64,000 bases of DNA from a virus (taxonomy: Duplodnaviria; Caudoviricetes), in the IMG/VR virus record IMGVR_UViG_3300012979_000027, positions 128,001-192,000 of that record; one strand, given 5' to 3'. The notes below the pieces were generated by a model. The model was given only the letters and a program-made list of their open reading frames with translations, did no database searches and had not been told where the DNA came from. Positions 48,424-58,077 of the stretch are shown piece by piece. The translations under genes were made by a program, and so were the position numbers. The first letter of the stretch is position 1. Each line of letters starts with the position of its first letter.

Positions 48424-50066
48424 TGCTTAATGAACCGCTTATAACTGCTTTCCCTGAAGGTGCAACACCTAATGATGCACAAGATTATATTATTTCAGAA
48501 ATAGAAGAAGCTTTAGCACAAGGCAAGAAATACATTATTATTAATGCGCCTACTGCAACTGGAAAGAGTTATATAGCGAAAACTATTGCTAATTTTTCTG
48601 ATGACCCGACAGAAGGATTTGTTCATGCCTGTAATACATATCAAATTTATGATAGTGAAGACCCCGAGGTATCTGAAGAGGACCTTGCGCCATTTGGGAC
48701 TGCTATTTTAACTGTTACTAAATCTCTTCAGGACCAATATACTGACTTCTTCAAAGATGGTGAAGCATTGAAGGGTAAAAGTAATTATGAATGTGCAGTT
48801 AATGATATGTACAACTGCGATAATGGTATCTGTACATTCACAAAAGGTCAGTTGAAAAAGTGCCTTGCTTGCGATAAGTGTCCTTATTTTACTCAACGTA
48901 ATAAAACAGTTACGAATATTTGTAGTTTTTATAATTATGCGATGTTTGAATCGCTTCCAGATATTGTTAAAAATAAAGAGTTTATCATTTGTGATGAGGC
49001 TTCGGAGCTTGAAAGTGAATTAGTCGGCCGTTATACATTTGAAATCATTTCTAAAGAGCTTAAGAAGATTGATTCTGAGTATCCGATTACTCCATCTGTC
49101 AACGCTTCTCGAGCAATTATCCTTGATTGGGTAAGTGAGATGTCTTCTATTTGTGAGTACGAATATAATTCTTATATGAATCACCTAGCAAAAGAGCTAA
49201 AAGATAAGACTAAAAAGAAGCGACTTAATAAAGAAGAGTCTCAGAAGCTCTCTCTTTTGAAAAAATATAAGGAAGCTTTCGGGTCTATTCTTGAATCTTG
49301 GTCAGAAACTGAATATATTATTACCCATACTGATAACGGGTTAATGTTTCAGCCTTATAATGTAGATAAATTAGCTCAACGTATCTTCAAGCATGGTAAA
49401 CATATCATTCTTATGTCTGCCACGATTGTTAATCCTGCTAAGTTTGCAAAAACATTGGGTATAGATGACTATTATTTCATTGAAACTGCTACTACATTGT
49501 CTGCTAAGAAGGCTCCGATTAAGTGCACAGATAAGTTCAGGCTGAATTATAGGAACAAAAGCGAGATGCTTCCTAAGATGTGTAAGGTTGCTAATCAAAT
49601 TTGTGCTATGTATAAGGATAAGAAGGGTATTATCCATACACATTCAATGGATGTTTTAAGCTATCTGAAGGCGGAACTAGGTGATAACCCTCGATTTTTG
49701 TTCCGTGAGCAAGGTATTGATAATGAAAGAATGCTTCAAATTCATCAGGAAAGTAAGGAACCAACTGTTTTAGTGTCACCTTCTATGACACACGGTGTTG
49801 ATTTAAAGGGCGAATTGGGTGAATTTCAAATTGTGATGAAGGCGCCCTTCCTTCCTCTTAATGATGAGCGTGTAAAACGCAAGTTCAATAATGATAAAGA
49901 ATGGTATATAGATGCCATGTTGTCTACTTTGGTACAGATGTGTGGCCGTTGCAATAGAAGTATTAGTGATTATAGTGAAACTTATATTCTCGATGGTCTG
50001 ATTCTCGATGCTGTTCTTAGAAATAAGGAAAAACTTCCAAAGTATTTCCTTGAAAGATTTATCTAA
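48423..50066 (+). CDS. DinG/XPD-family helicase with Cys cluster
   Basis: APTATGKS, LKGKSNY.C, CPY, DEAS, MSAT, GVDL, K.PF, QMCGRCNR. Confidence 0.9.
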   Translation: MLNEPLITAFPEGATPNDAQDYIISEIEEALAQGKKYIIINAPTATGKSYIAKTIANFSDDPTEGFVHACNTYQIYDSEDPEVSEEDLAPFGTAILTVTKSLQDQYTDFFKDGEALKGKSNYECAVNDMYNCDNGICTFTKGQLKKCLACDKCPYFTQRNKTVTNICSFYNYAMFESLPDIVKNKEFIICDEASELESELVGRYTFEIISKELKKIDSEYPITPSVNASRAIILDWVSEMSSICEYEYNSYMNHLAKELKDKTKKKRLNKEESQKLSLLKKYKEAFGSILESWSETEYIITHTDNGLMFQPYNVDKLAQRIFKHGKHIILMSATIVNPAKFAKTLGIDDYYFIETATTLSAKKAPIKCTDKFRLNYRNKSEMLPKMCKVANQICAMYKDKKGIIHTHSMDVLSYLKAELGDNPRFLFREQGIDNERMLQIHQESKEPTVLVSPSMTHGVDLKGELGEFQIVMKAPFLPLNDERVKRKFNNDKEWYIDAMLSTLVQMCGRCNRSISDYSETYILDGLILDAVLRNKEKLPKYFLERFI

Positions 50067-50098
50067 TTTTAATTTTAGAACAAAAATACATTATAACA

Positions 50099-51064
50099 AT
50101 GACTTTTGATAAAACATATATAGAAGTGCTTCAAAATATTATGAAGAATGGCATCCGTAAGCAAAATCGTACGGGTACTGATACTCTTTCCGTGTTTAAT
50201 ACACAGATTTGCGCTGAAGAAGATGCAGAAGGTTATGCAAATATCCCTCTTTCGAATCTTAGAAAGGTTTTCTTTAAGGGTGCATTAATTGAGGTATTAT
50301 GGATTCTTGGTATTCATATGAAAGATGAGCGTTATTCTAATCTTCCTCAGACAAATACACAGTATCTTCTCGACCATGGTGTGAAATATTGGCAACCTTG
50401 GACAAATGAAGATAATAATCTTGGACCTGTATATGGTGCACAACTTGTAAATTGGCATGATTATAAGCTGGTATTTCCTGAAAATTATGAAGATGGTCCC
50501 AATGGAGTTGAATATGCAAGCATTTATGTAAATCAGATTCAGAATATTATTGATAAACTTCGCACAAATCCTGATGATAGGCGTCTTGTAGCAACAATGT
50601 GGAATCCTTCTAAACTTTCTAAGATGGCGTTGCCACCCTGTCATCATACAATGGAATTTTATTCTCAGCCGATGCCAGATGGTAAGCGAATGCTTCATAC
50701 CAGATGGATGCAACGTTCCTGTGATATGCCGATTGGTATACCTTACGATATGCTTCTTTATACCCTTCTTAATAAGATCGTAGCTTTGTGTACTGGACAT
50801 ATTCCTGGACATGTTTATGGACTTCTTGGTGATAGCCATATCTATGTAAATCAGATTGATGGTGTTAAAGAAATGCTTAATCGAGCCGAAACTGATGATT
50901 TTAAAGCATGCCCTCAACCAAAAATCTACATTGAAGACCGTATTTTTGATATTATTGCTGAAAAGGGTTGGTGCGATTTGACCGATTTTAATATCGATGG
51001 CTCTGATTTTAAGTTAGTTACATACGAACCTCTTGCAAAAATTGATATGCCAGTATCTGTATGA
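50099..51064 (+). CDS. thymidylate-synthase-family enzyme with Asn177-to-Asp change (possible dCMP methylase)
   Basis: RTGT, LGPVYG, DRRL, LPPCH, QRSCD..GIPYD, GDSHIY. Confidence 0.9.
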   Translation: MTFDKTYIEVLQNIMKNGIRKQNRTGTDTLSVFNTQICAEEDAEGYANIPLSNLRKVFFKGALIEVLWILGIHMKDERYSNLPQTNTQYLLDHGVKYWQPWTNEDNNLGPVYGAQLVNWHDYKLVFPENYEDGPNGVEYASIYVNQIQNIIDKLRTNPDDRRLVATMWNPSKLSKMALPPCHHTMEFYSQPMPDGKRMLHTRWMQRSCDMPIGIPYDMLLYTLLNKIVALCTGHIPGHVYGLLGDSHIYVNQIDGVKEMLNRAETDDFKACPQPKIYIEDRIFDIIAEKGWCDLTDFNIDGSDFKLVTYEPLAKIDMPVSV

Positions 51065-51414
51065 TTAAACCAAGTACTAAAAAATTTAAATGCCCTCATT
51101 GTGGAAGCACTAAATTGAATATTATGTGCATGATAGAGGCAGAAAGAAGGTTATTTGAACCCATTTTTAAAAATGGGTATTTAACTTATTCAAGAGTTGG
51201 TTCAACACTTTTAGATTGGGCCGAATCTCCATCATTTAGCTATACATATTGTTGTCATAATTGCAAACATCAATGGTATGGTGAGGATTCATTAGTTAGA
51301 AGTGGAGCATTTGGTACAATTATGGCGTCTGAAATGCATGCTACATTTGATAGAACTAATACTAAATCGTTAGCTGATGAAGAAGGAAGGGATTTTGAAA
51401 TAACTTTACATTAA
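51061..51414 (+). CDS. zinc-ribbon protein
   Basis: CPHC...CHNC. Confidence 0.7.
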   Translation: MIKPSTKKFKCPHCGSTKLNIMCMIEAERRLFEPIFKNGYLTYSRVGSTLLDWAESPSFSYTYCCHNCKHQWYGEDSLVRSGAFGTIMASEMHATFDRTNTKSLADEEGRDFEITLH

Positions 51415-51438
51415 TTTAGAACTGAAGTATATAAAATT

Positions 51439-52170
51439 ATGACTTTAAACGATTTTATTATTGATAATAATTGTAAGAACTTTAATGAGCTGAAGGAGCG
51501 CCTTTGCAATAAGTATGCTGCTCTTAGAGTTAAGATGAAGGGAGTTGATTATAGTTATCTTTTTTCTCTTAATCCTAAAGTTGATAATTGTTCCCATTCT
51601 AGTTGGGATCCTGACCATTATGTTACTGCTACTAATAATGTAATGGCTTGTACTAAGTTTGATACTATTAATGGTATCGATATTGAAAATATTAAACCTG
51701 TAACTAAAGACACTCTTGAGGATAAGGAAGTCGCTTTGCTTTTTGCTCATGAAGCTAATGTATTTGATGATACATTTGATTTCCAGGTGAAGTATGGCCT
51801 CATGACTCGAGAGGAAATGTTTGAAAAGGCGCCATATTTCATTGAAAAGGACAATTTGATGATGAAAATCGGTCATCTTAAGGAAGAACTTGCAGAAATT
51901 GAGAAGGCTGCTGAGAATGGTGATCTTGCCGAGTTTGCCGATGGTATTATTGACCTTATCTATGTTGCGGCTGGACTTGGTAATCTTTGTCGTTTGCCGA
52001 TGAAGGAGCTTTGGAATGATGTTCAGAATTCTAATATGGTTGGTAAAGAGAGAGTAACGTCTCTTGATAAAGCAACAAAGCGCGGTTCTACTTTTGATGT
52101 ACGTAAGACAGATAAGTGGGTTGGCCCTCGCGGCGCAGATATTATTGAACATTTTTCAATCGGGAAGTAA
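51439..52170 (+). CDS. MazG-like all-alpha NTP pyrophosphatase
   Basis: EELAE...EFADGIIDLIYVAAG, VQNSNM.GK. Confidence 0.85.
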   Translation: MTLNDFIIDNNCKNFNELKERLCNKYAALRVKMKGVDYSYLFSLNPKVDNCSHSSWDPDHYVTATNNVMACTKFDTINGIDIENIKPVTKDTLEDKEVALLFAHEANVFDDTFDFQVKYGLMTREEMFEKAPYFIEKDNLMMKIGHLKEELAEIEKAAENGDLAEFADGIIDLIYVAAGLGNLCRLPMKELWNDVQNSNMVGKERVTSLDKATKRGSTFDVRKTDKWVGPRGADIIEHFSIGK

Positions 52171-52201
52171 ATCTTCCCGATTTTATGATATAATTAAAGA
52201 A

Positions 52202-52738
52202 ATGAATAAAAATAAGATAGACACAGTTGAAGTACCAGTTCTTGAGTTAACCTTTGATAAATTTTTGGAGTTGAGTAAGAAGATTAATATTATTGATTGT
52301 ATTACACTTTTTTCGATGCCCAATCATGTAAAGACTTATTCTGACCCGGAGAAAACTCCAATCGGTGATTTAATTTTAGAACTTATTGAATATCAAAAGG
52401 AAGAAAACGAGTGGCGTATATCTAAACATCCAGTACAGGATTATACTATTGAGAACAATACAGCTAAGTTTCTTGATAAGTCAATTACGGATGCTGCCCG
52501 AGTTATTATCGTTTCTAAAATGAACTCAGTTTTTATTATTCCAGGTGAAAATTCGATTAAAAATGGTAATTGTCAGCCGAATCAAATTATTAAACTCTCT
52601 AATATGATTTCTTCTCAGCTTTTTTTGCTTCAATTTAAAGATGTTAAGGAAGAAGACTCCGAAAAGTATAATCTTCAAATCGAGTTTGCTCTTATAGACA
52701 GAACTAATATAAAAGAAAAACATGACGATACAAATTAA
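52202..52738 (+). CDS. hypothetical protein
   Basis: Start reassigned to ATG 52202 after TGATATAAT. Confidence 0.65.
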   Translation: MNKNKIDTVEVPVLELTFDKFLELSKKINIIDCITLFSMPNHVKTYSDPEKTPIGDLILELIEYQKEENEWRISKHPVQDYTIENNTAKFLDKSITDAARVIIVSKMNSVFIIPGENSIKNGNCQPNQIIKLSNMISSQLFLLQFKDVKEEDSEKYNLQIEFALIDRTNIKEKHDDTN

Positions 52739-53474
52739 AGGTGATTGTTATGTAGTTGGGGATATTCATGGAGAAGCATGTACTTTAGTAGACGTGCTTT
52801 CTTCATATGAAATTACGAATTGTACTCTTATACTTTTGGGAGATATTGGTATTTGGCGTTATCGTGATTATAAGCATTATCGTATTTTAGATGAATATGG
52901 TTTAAAAAATAATGTAATTATCTACGCTTTTCGAGGAAATCATGATAATCCTACATTTTTTAAGCATCCAAATGGGCGTTCTCCTATTGTAGATCGTTTT
53001 TGGAATAAATTTACTCATTTCAAATTGATTCCAGACCTCTCTATTATTGATATTAATGGAGCAAAGGGTATCGTAATCGGTGGAGGATTGTCTATCGACA
53101 GAAGCATTCGCCGTTCTTTTCAATACGCTTTTCGTAATAATGGAGGAGTTTATAAGAGAAATGACTGGTGGAATGATGAAGGCCTACCTATAACTGATGG
53201 AATTGAGGAAAAAGTCGACTTTATTCTTTCGCATGTTGGTCCTAGGCCGACCAAAACTCCGCCTTTAAACGAAAATAATTGTCAATTTTTTAAGATTGAT
53301 TATGATTTAGAGGATGCCATCAATAAAGAAAATGCCCATTTGCATAAGATTCATCAACAATTTAATCCAAAAAAATGGTGGTTCGGACATTTTCATATCA
53401 ATGATGCATTTAATTACGGCCAAACTCGTTGTTATGCAGTTGATATATTGAATCTTTCACCGGTTCTTATATAA
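52722..53474 (+). CDS. calcineurin-like metallophosphoesterase
   Basis: GDIHG, LGD.G, RGNHD, GGGLSID, SH, FGHFH. Confidence 0.9.
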   Translation: MTIQIKGDCYVVGDIHGEACTLVDVLSSYEITNCTLILLGDIGIWRYRDYKHYRILDEYGLKNNVIIYAFRGNHDNPTFFKHPNGRSPIVDRFWNKFTHFKLIPDLSIIDINGAKGIVIGGGLSIDRSIRRSFQYAFRNNGGVYKRNDWWNDEGLPITDGIEEKVDFILSHVGPRPTKTPPLNENNCQFFKIDYDLEDAINKENAHLHKIHQQFNPKKWWFGHFHINDAFNYGQTRCYAVDILNLSPVLI

Positions 53475-53510
53475 GTTTTTGCCATAATATCTATCATAAA
53501 TAAAGATATT

Positions 53511-54158
53511 ATGGCAAACTTATTAACACCAATCGTATTAAACTTTCCAGACCGAGGCTCTTGCGCGGTTGATTATATTGATTACTTCGATGAAGGTCAA
53601 TATGGTCCCGACAAGGCCTTTTTTGTTGGAAGATTCCAGAAATTAGATGAAATTGCTACACAGATGAATACTTGTTTAGCGCTTCAGAATACACCAGGAA
53701 GCATGATTCATGTGAATCGTACTAATATTCCTGACAAGTGGATGGACCCGATGACCTCATATTCAGACCCATTCCCTCGTCGCGCGCAATATAAGATTCG
53801 TTTCTTACTTCGCATTAAGTTCTATGGCGATTATGCGTATATTGATTTGGGTGCTAAATGGTCTTCTGATGATGATTTGACAGCTGGAGCACCAATAGTA
53901 ACTTCTGAAGAACTTAGTGTAGTGAATAAATGTTGGATTTCTGAAAGAGATGCTAATTTTATTTTAGACGAACTCAAAAAAGCTGGTCTAAGCTTTAACG
54001 GTTCTACCACATATGATGCAGCAACTGCATCTGTAAGAGTTCTTACCGAAGAAGAACTTGCAGCTATTGAAGAAGAAAAAGCAGTTGCATCTGCAAATTA
54101 TATTATTGACGACGAATCATACTTTGTAGATGCTGATGGGAAACCGCTTACACTATAA
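53511..54158 (+). CDS. late hypothetical (probably structural)
   Basis: TAAATA 8 nt upstream. Confidence 0.65.
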   Translation: MANLLTPIVLNFPDRGSCAVDYIDYFDEGQYGPDKAFFVGRFQKLDEIATQMNTCLALQNTPGSMIHVNRTNIPDKWMDPMTSYSDPFPRRAQYKIRFLLRIKFYGDYAYIDLGAKWSSDDDLTAGAPIVTSEELSVVNKCWISERDANFILDELKKAGLSFNGSTTYDAATASVRVLTEEELAAIEEEKAVASANYIIDDESYFVDADGKPLTL

Positions 54159-54168
54159 ATAATATTGT

Positions 54169-54441
54169 ATGGCAGAAGAACAAGTTACAACAACTCCAGT
54201 AACTGACGCAAAGCCGGTTACGAAAGAAGAGCACAAGGCAAATATTGTTAAAAAAATTATTGATTGCGCTACTTCTGTGATGAAGGCAGCATTCTCTAAA
54301 GGTGACGCTGACACAGTATGGTATAAAAAGGGTCTTTATTATACAGCTGCAGGTATTCTTGCTGTTATTGTATATGCTTTTACATATCATGGTGTAGAAA
54401 TTATTGATTGGCTTACAGCCCTCGTAAGTAGTTTATTTTAA
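54169..54441 (+). CDS. small late membrane protein (holin candidate)
   Basis: TATAAATA upstream, C-terminal TM segment. Confidence 0.5.
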   Translation: MAEEQVTTTPVTDAKPVTKEEHKANIVKKIIDCATSVMKAAFSKGDADTVWYKKGLYYTAAGILAVIVYAFTYHGVEIIDWLTALVSSLF

Positions 54442-54465
54442 TATAAAATATTTTATAAATTTATA

Positions 54466-54510
54466 ATAAAATGAGATTATACCTTTTTACCGGTATAATC
54501 TCATTTTATT
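54466..54510 (+). terminator. long AT-rich inverted repeat / terminator
   Basis: ATAAAATGAGATTATACC-N-GGTATAATCTCATTTTAT. Confidence 0.6.
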
Positions 54511-54524
54511 AAATAACATTAGAT

Positions 54525-55250
54525 ATGATTTCAAAATGTAATAATATTGTAATCAACAGAACAAAATTTTCTGATTTTGAAAATTTTGATACGAGTTCTC
54601 AATCAACAGAAAATTTAAAATTAGTTGGTTATGTAGATACGTATGATCCTTGCTCTGGAGAACATATTAAAAAAAATGTTGCAGTAAATTATCCAGAGAC
54701 AACTAATACTATTTCATTTTCTAATAACTATTACATCTCAGATTTAAAAAATTTTTCTCCAATAAACAATTGGGTTACTGTATCATCTATTGGTAATTTT
54801 ACTACTTGTTTTAGAATAAATTCTAATTTTGAAGGTGACTTTATACAATTTAATATTTTAAACGCATATGGTAATGGAATGTTGGATAATATTATGAATG
54901 TTAATAATGGAATTAATGAATTAGTAATTTCATTCGCTAAAACATTTCCATTAGGAAAGAAAATAAATGTATTATTTTCGGGATTTCCAGTAAAAGCGAT
55001 AAATGATAAACCATGTGTTATTAGACAGCTAGATTTTAATAATTGGTCAGAAGTACCTAGCTTAGCTCCTGGTGTATTATTTGAATCAGACCAAAACTAT
55101 AAATCACCAGATGGTAATACACAAATTACCAAAAATATTTTAATTACTTTTGTTCAAAAAGCTAAATCTGGAGCACTGGCTACAGAAAATGGTACTACAA
55201 GCGATAATAATAAGATAATGGTTGCAACTGATATTAAATTAATTGACTAA
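54525..55250 (+). CDS. late structural-type hypothetical protein
   Basis: First gene of tail cluster, TAAATA upstream. Confidence 0.6.
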   Translation: MISKCNNIVINRTKFSDFENFDTSSQSTENLKLVGYVDTYDPCSGEHIKKNVAVNYPETTNTISFSNNYYISDLKNFSPINNWVTVSSIGNFTTCFRINSNFEGDFIQFNILNAYGNGMLDNIMNVNNGINELVISFAKTFPLGKKINVLFSGFPVKAINDKPCVIRQLDFNNWSEVPSLAPGVLFESDQNYKSPDGNTQITKNILITFVQKAKSGALATENGTTSDNNKIMVATDIKLID

Positions 55251-55260
55251 TATAACTGAT

Positions 55261-58077
55261 ATGACTAATACTTTTTATAAACCAAAAAATGAATTTGGAG
55301 AGTTACTTGCTTCAGAAAATTTTATAAATTCTAAAATTGCCAATGAAATTTCTGTGCGTGAAGAAGAAACTATTAAAATATATGAAGATATTAATAGTAT
55401 CTATAAGCATATAAATGAAGTTCCTTTTTATAAATTCGAAGAATTACCAGGAAGTAATTTAACTATAGAAGAATATATTTTATCTAATAAAATAAACAAT
55501 AATTCTTTAACCCCAGAAGAATTAAAAATAGAATTAAGCAAAACAATTTATTTGCGTCCGATTAATAAAAATGAATTTGAAGAATATATTTGTTTAAATC
55601 CCGATGCTTATAATTCTATAACTTTTGCTAATGCGCGTTTTAATCGTATTGGCTCTGGAGAAGCATCTATTGCTTCTATTTCTCGTCTAGGTTCAGTATC
55701 ACTCTTTTGTGATGATGTTTATGAATTTAATGATGAACAATGGAATAATTTATATCCAAAACCGATATTAAATGACGGCTCAGAAGGAACTCCTAGCCCT
55801 AAAGAAGGATTAGCAGTAGCACCATATATATTACGTAAATTTGTTCAAAAAGATAAACAAACTGAAAATGATATAGATATTATTAACAAAAATATTAATA
55901 ATATTTCTTCTGATATTGAAAAAATAAACAAAGAATTAGGTGGAATATTAGAAGATAACACTGCTGAAAATCAAGGTTCTGAAATTGAAAATTTAAAACA
56001 AGAAATAATCAATATTAAATCCTTTAATGATTCACAGCAACTTATTATTTCTCAAAATACAAATACTATTACTCAACATTCAGATGATTTAGATAATTTA
56101 AAAGCAGCAATAGGCATTTCTAATTGCGAAAATGATATTGAATGCTCTGTATTTTGTCGCTTAGACGATATATCAGAACGATTGAATAGTAATGACGAAA
56201 ATGACGCTAATATTGATATTAGGGTTGTAGATCTAGAAGAAAAAATATTAACAATTACTGATAACACTTTAAGGATAGATAATATTGATGAAGCAGTCAC
56301 CGAGTTAAATGCTAAAATTATTAGTAATACTGATGAATTGAATAAAATTAATAATACTATTGGTGATAAAGAAAATTTAGTTGAAGGCACTATTCAGCAT
56401 GATATCTCTCTTATCAATAGCGAAATAAAACGAATAGATAAAATTAATGAAATTAATAAAAACGCATCAAATATAGCGGTTATCCAGGAAGAACTTAAAA
56501 AATTAACAGAAGAAACTTCATCTAATAATACTTCTCTATTAAATTATATTAATATTTTAGAAAGCGAAGATGAAAAAATTAATAAAAATATAGCAGCATT
56601 TAAGGATGAAGTTGGCGCACCTACTAAAAATGATGTAACATTATGGGAATTAGCTGAAGATACCGCCGCATTTGCTTTAAGGAATAAAAGCGATATAGAT
56701 AATTATAAGTCTTTAATAGAAACTAATACTAATAATATTACAAAAAATACAGGAGATATTGGTTATGTTAAAGGCGAATTTAATACATTTAAAACAAATA
56801 TCAATACCGTTCTTAATTCTTTAAAGTTAAGTATCGATACTAATAGTGCTAATATTAGTGCAAACAGTGCAAATATTAGTACAAATAGCGCAAATATTAC
56901 TTCTCAGGATAAACGTATTGAAATAGTTGAAAATGATATTAAATCAATTAATGCAAAAATACCTTCAGACTGGACTCAGACAACGTTTACAGGCACTAAA
57001 ACTCTAGCTGAGCAAAATAAAAATAAGATAGAATTATGCATTAATGATATAAAATCACATACAGAAATTATAAACTCTCATGATGCTAGAATAACTTTAC
57101 TTGAAAATAATAATATATCAGATATCGAAGCGGATATAGAAAATATCAAGGCTGATATTAATAAAATTGATTTTAGTACTTTATCTAATATTACTGTAAA
57201 TTTCGCTAATATTAATAATGAAATTAGTAATTTAAATAAATCAATTTCTGATAAAGCTTCTAAAGAAGATTTAGCTAATTCTGAATTAGAACTGAGTAAC
57301 GTAATTAATCAAAATACAGGTAAGATAATTGAATTAACTTCCAGAATATCAGCTTTAGATAATCCAGAAAATGGAGCTATTTCAAATATAAAATCTGATA
57401 TAGAAAAAAATAGTGATGATATAGAAGATTTAAAAGAAAATACGATTAAAAATTTAGATAATCGTATAGTGTCTTTGGAAAAAACTTCAGTTACTGAAGA
57501 ATCATATAATAAAAAAATAGAGTCAATTAAGAAAGATATTATTAATAACACCGGCAAAATTGGTGCGCTTGACCAACGTGTAGATGATGTATATAATACG
57601 GTAAACGCTTTAGTTGCGGGCAAGGAAATTTTAACTTCTGAAGTCTCAGGTATCAAAACAGTATCTAGTGAACATAGTATACAAATTGCGGCATTAGAGG
57701 AAAAATCAAATGAAATTAGTGATATATTAGTACAAACTGCTAATTCTAATTTGGCTAATAATATTTTAATTAGATGCCAACTAGATGGAGATGACCCTAA
57801 TACTGAAATTAATGAAGGACGAGCTAAATTATCATTTAACGCTATTGCCAATAAATTAGGATTAAATCCAAACGATTTAGAGATTATGGTAACCGGCGTT
57901 CGTTTATCATATGGTGATAGTATGCTTCATGATGAACATATAACTACTGAAATATCTTATGTAGATGGAGGCGATGAAGGAAGACTTATATATATAGATT
58001 TTTCTGGTTACGAAACTCCACATAATATTTTAGTATCAATTACATATAGTATTATATCAAATATAATTGAATTATAA
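55261..58077 (+). CDS. long coiled-coil tail-fibre/fibritin-like protein
   Basis: Extended heptads (NSANISA repeats), TIYL..EEYI motif; ATG 55261 (track uses TTG 55243). Confidence 0.7.
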   Translation: MTNTFYKPKNEFGELLASENFINSKIANEISVREEETIKIYEDINSIYKHINEVPFYKFEELPGSNLTIEEYILSNKINNNSLTPEELKIELSKTIYLRPINKNEFEEYICLNPDAYNSITFANARFNRIGSGEASIASISRLGSVSLFCDDVYEFNDEQWNNLYPKPILNDGSEGTPSPKEGLAVAPYILRKFVQKDKQTENDIDIINKNINNISSDIEKINKELGGILEDNTAENQGSEIENLKQEIINIKSFNDSQQLIISQNTNTITQHSDDLDNLKAAIGISNCENDIECSVFCRLDDISERLNSNDENDANIDIRVVDLEEKILTITDNTLRIDNIDEAVTELNAKIISNTDELNKINNTIGDKENLVEGTIQHDISLINSEIKRIDKINEINKNASNIAVIQEELKKLTEETSSNNTSLLNYINILESEDEKINKNIAAFKDEVGAPTKNDVTLWELAEDTAAFALRNKSDIDNYKSLIETNTNNITKNTGDIGYVKGEFNTFKTNINTVLNSLKLSIDTNSANISANSANISTNSANITSQDKRIEIVENDIKSINAKIPSDWTQTTFTGTKTLAEQNKNKIELCINDIKSHTEIINSHDARITLLENNNISDIEADIENIKADINKIDFSTLSNITVNFANINNEISNLNKSISDKASKEDLANSELELSNVINQNTGKIIELTSRISALDNPENGAISNIKSDIEKNSDDIEDLKENTIKNLDNRIVSLEKTSVTEESYNKKIESIKKDIINNTGKIGALDQRVDDVYNTVNALVAGKEILTSEVSGIKTVSSEHSIQIAALEEKSNEISDILVQTANSNLANNILIRCQLDGDDPNTEINEGRAKLSFNAIANKLGLNPNDLEIMVTGVRLSYGDSMLHDEHITTEISYVDGGDEGRLIYIDFSGYETPHNILVSITYSIISNIIEL

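Noticed and set aside
50297-52152. 206- and 235-aa minus-strand ORFs
   Set aside because: Antisense to ThyA-like and MazG-like genes
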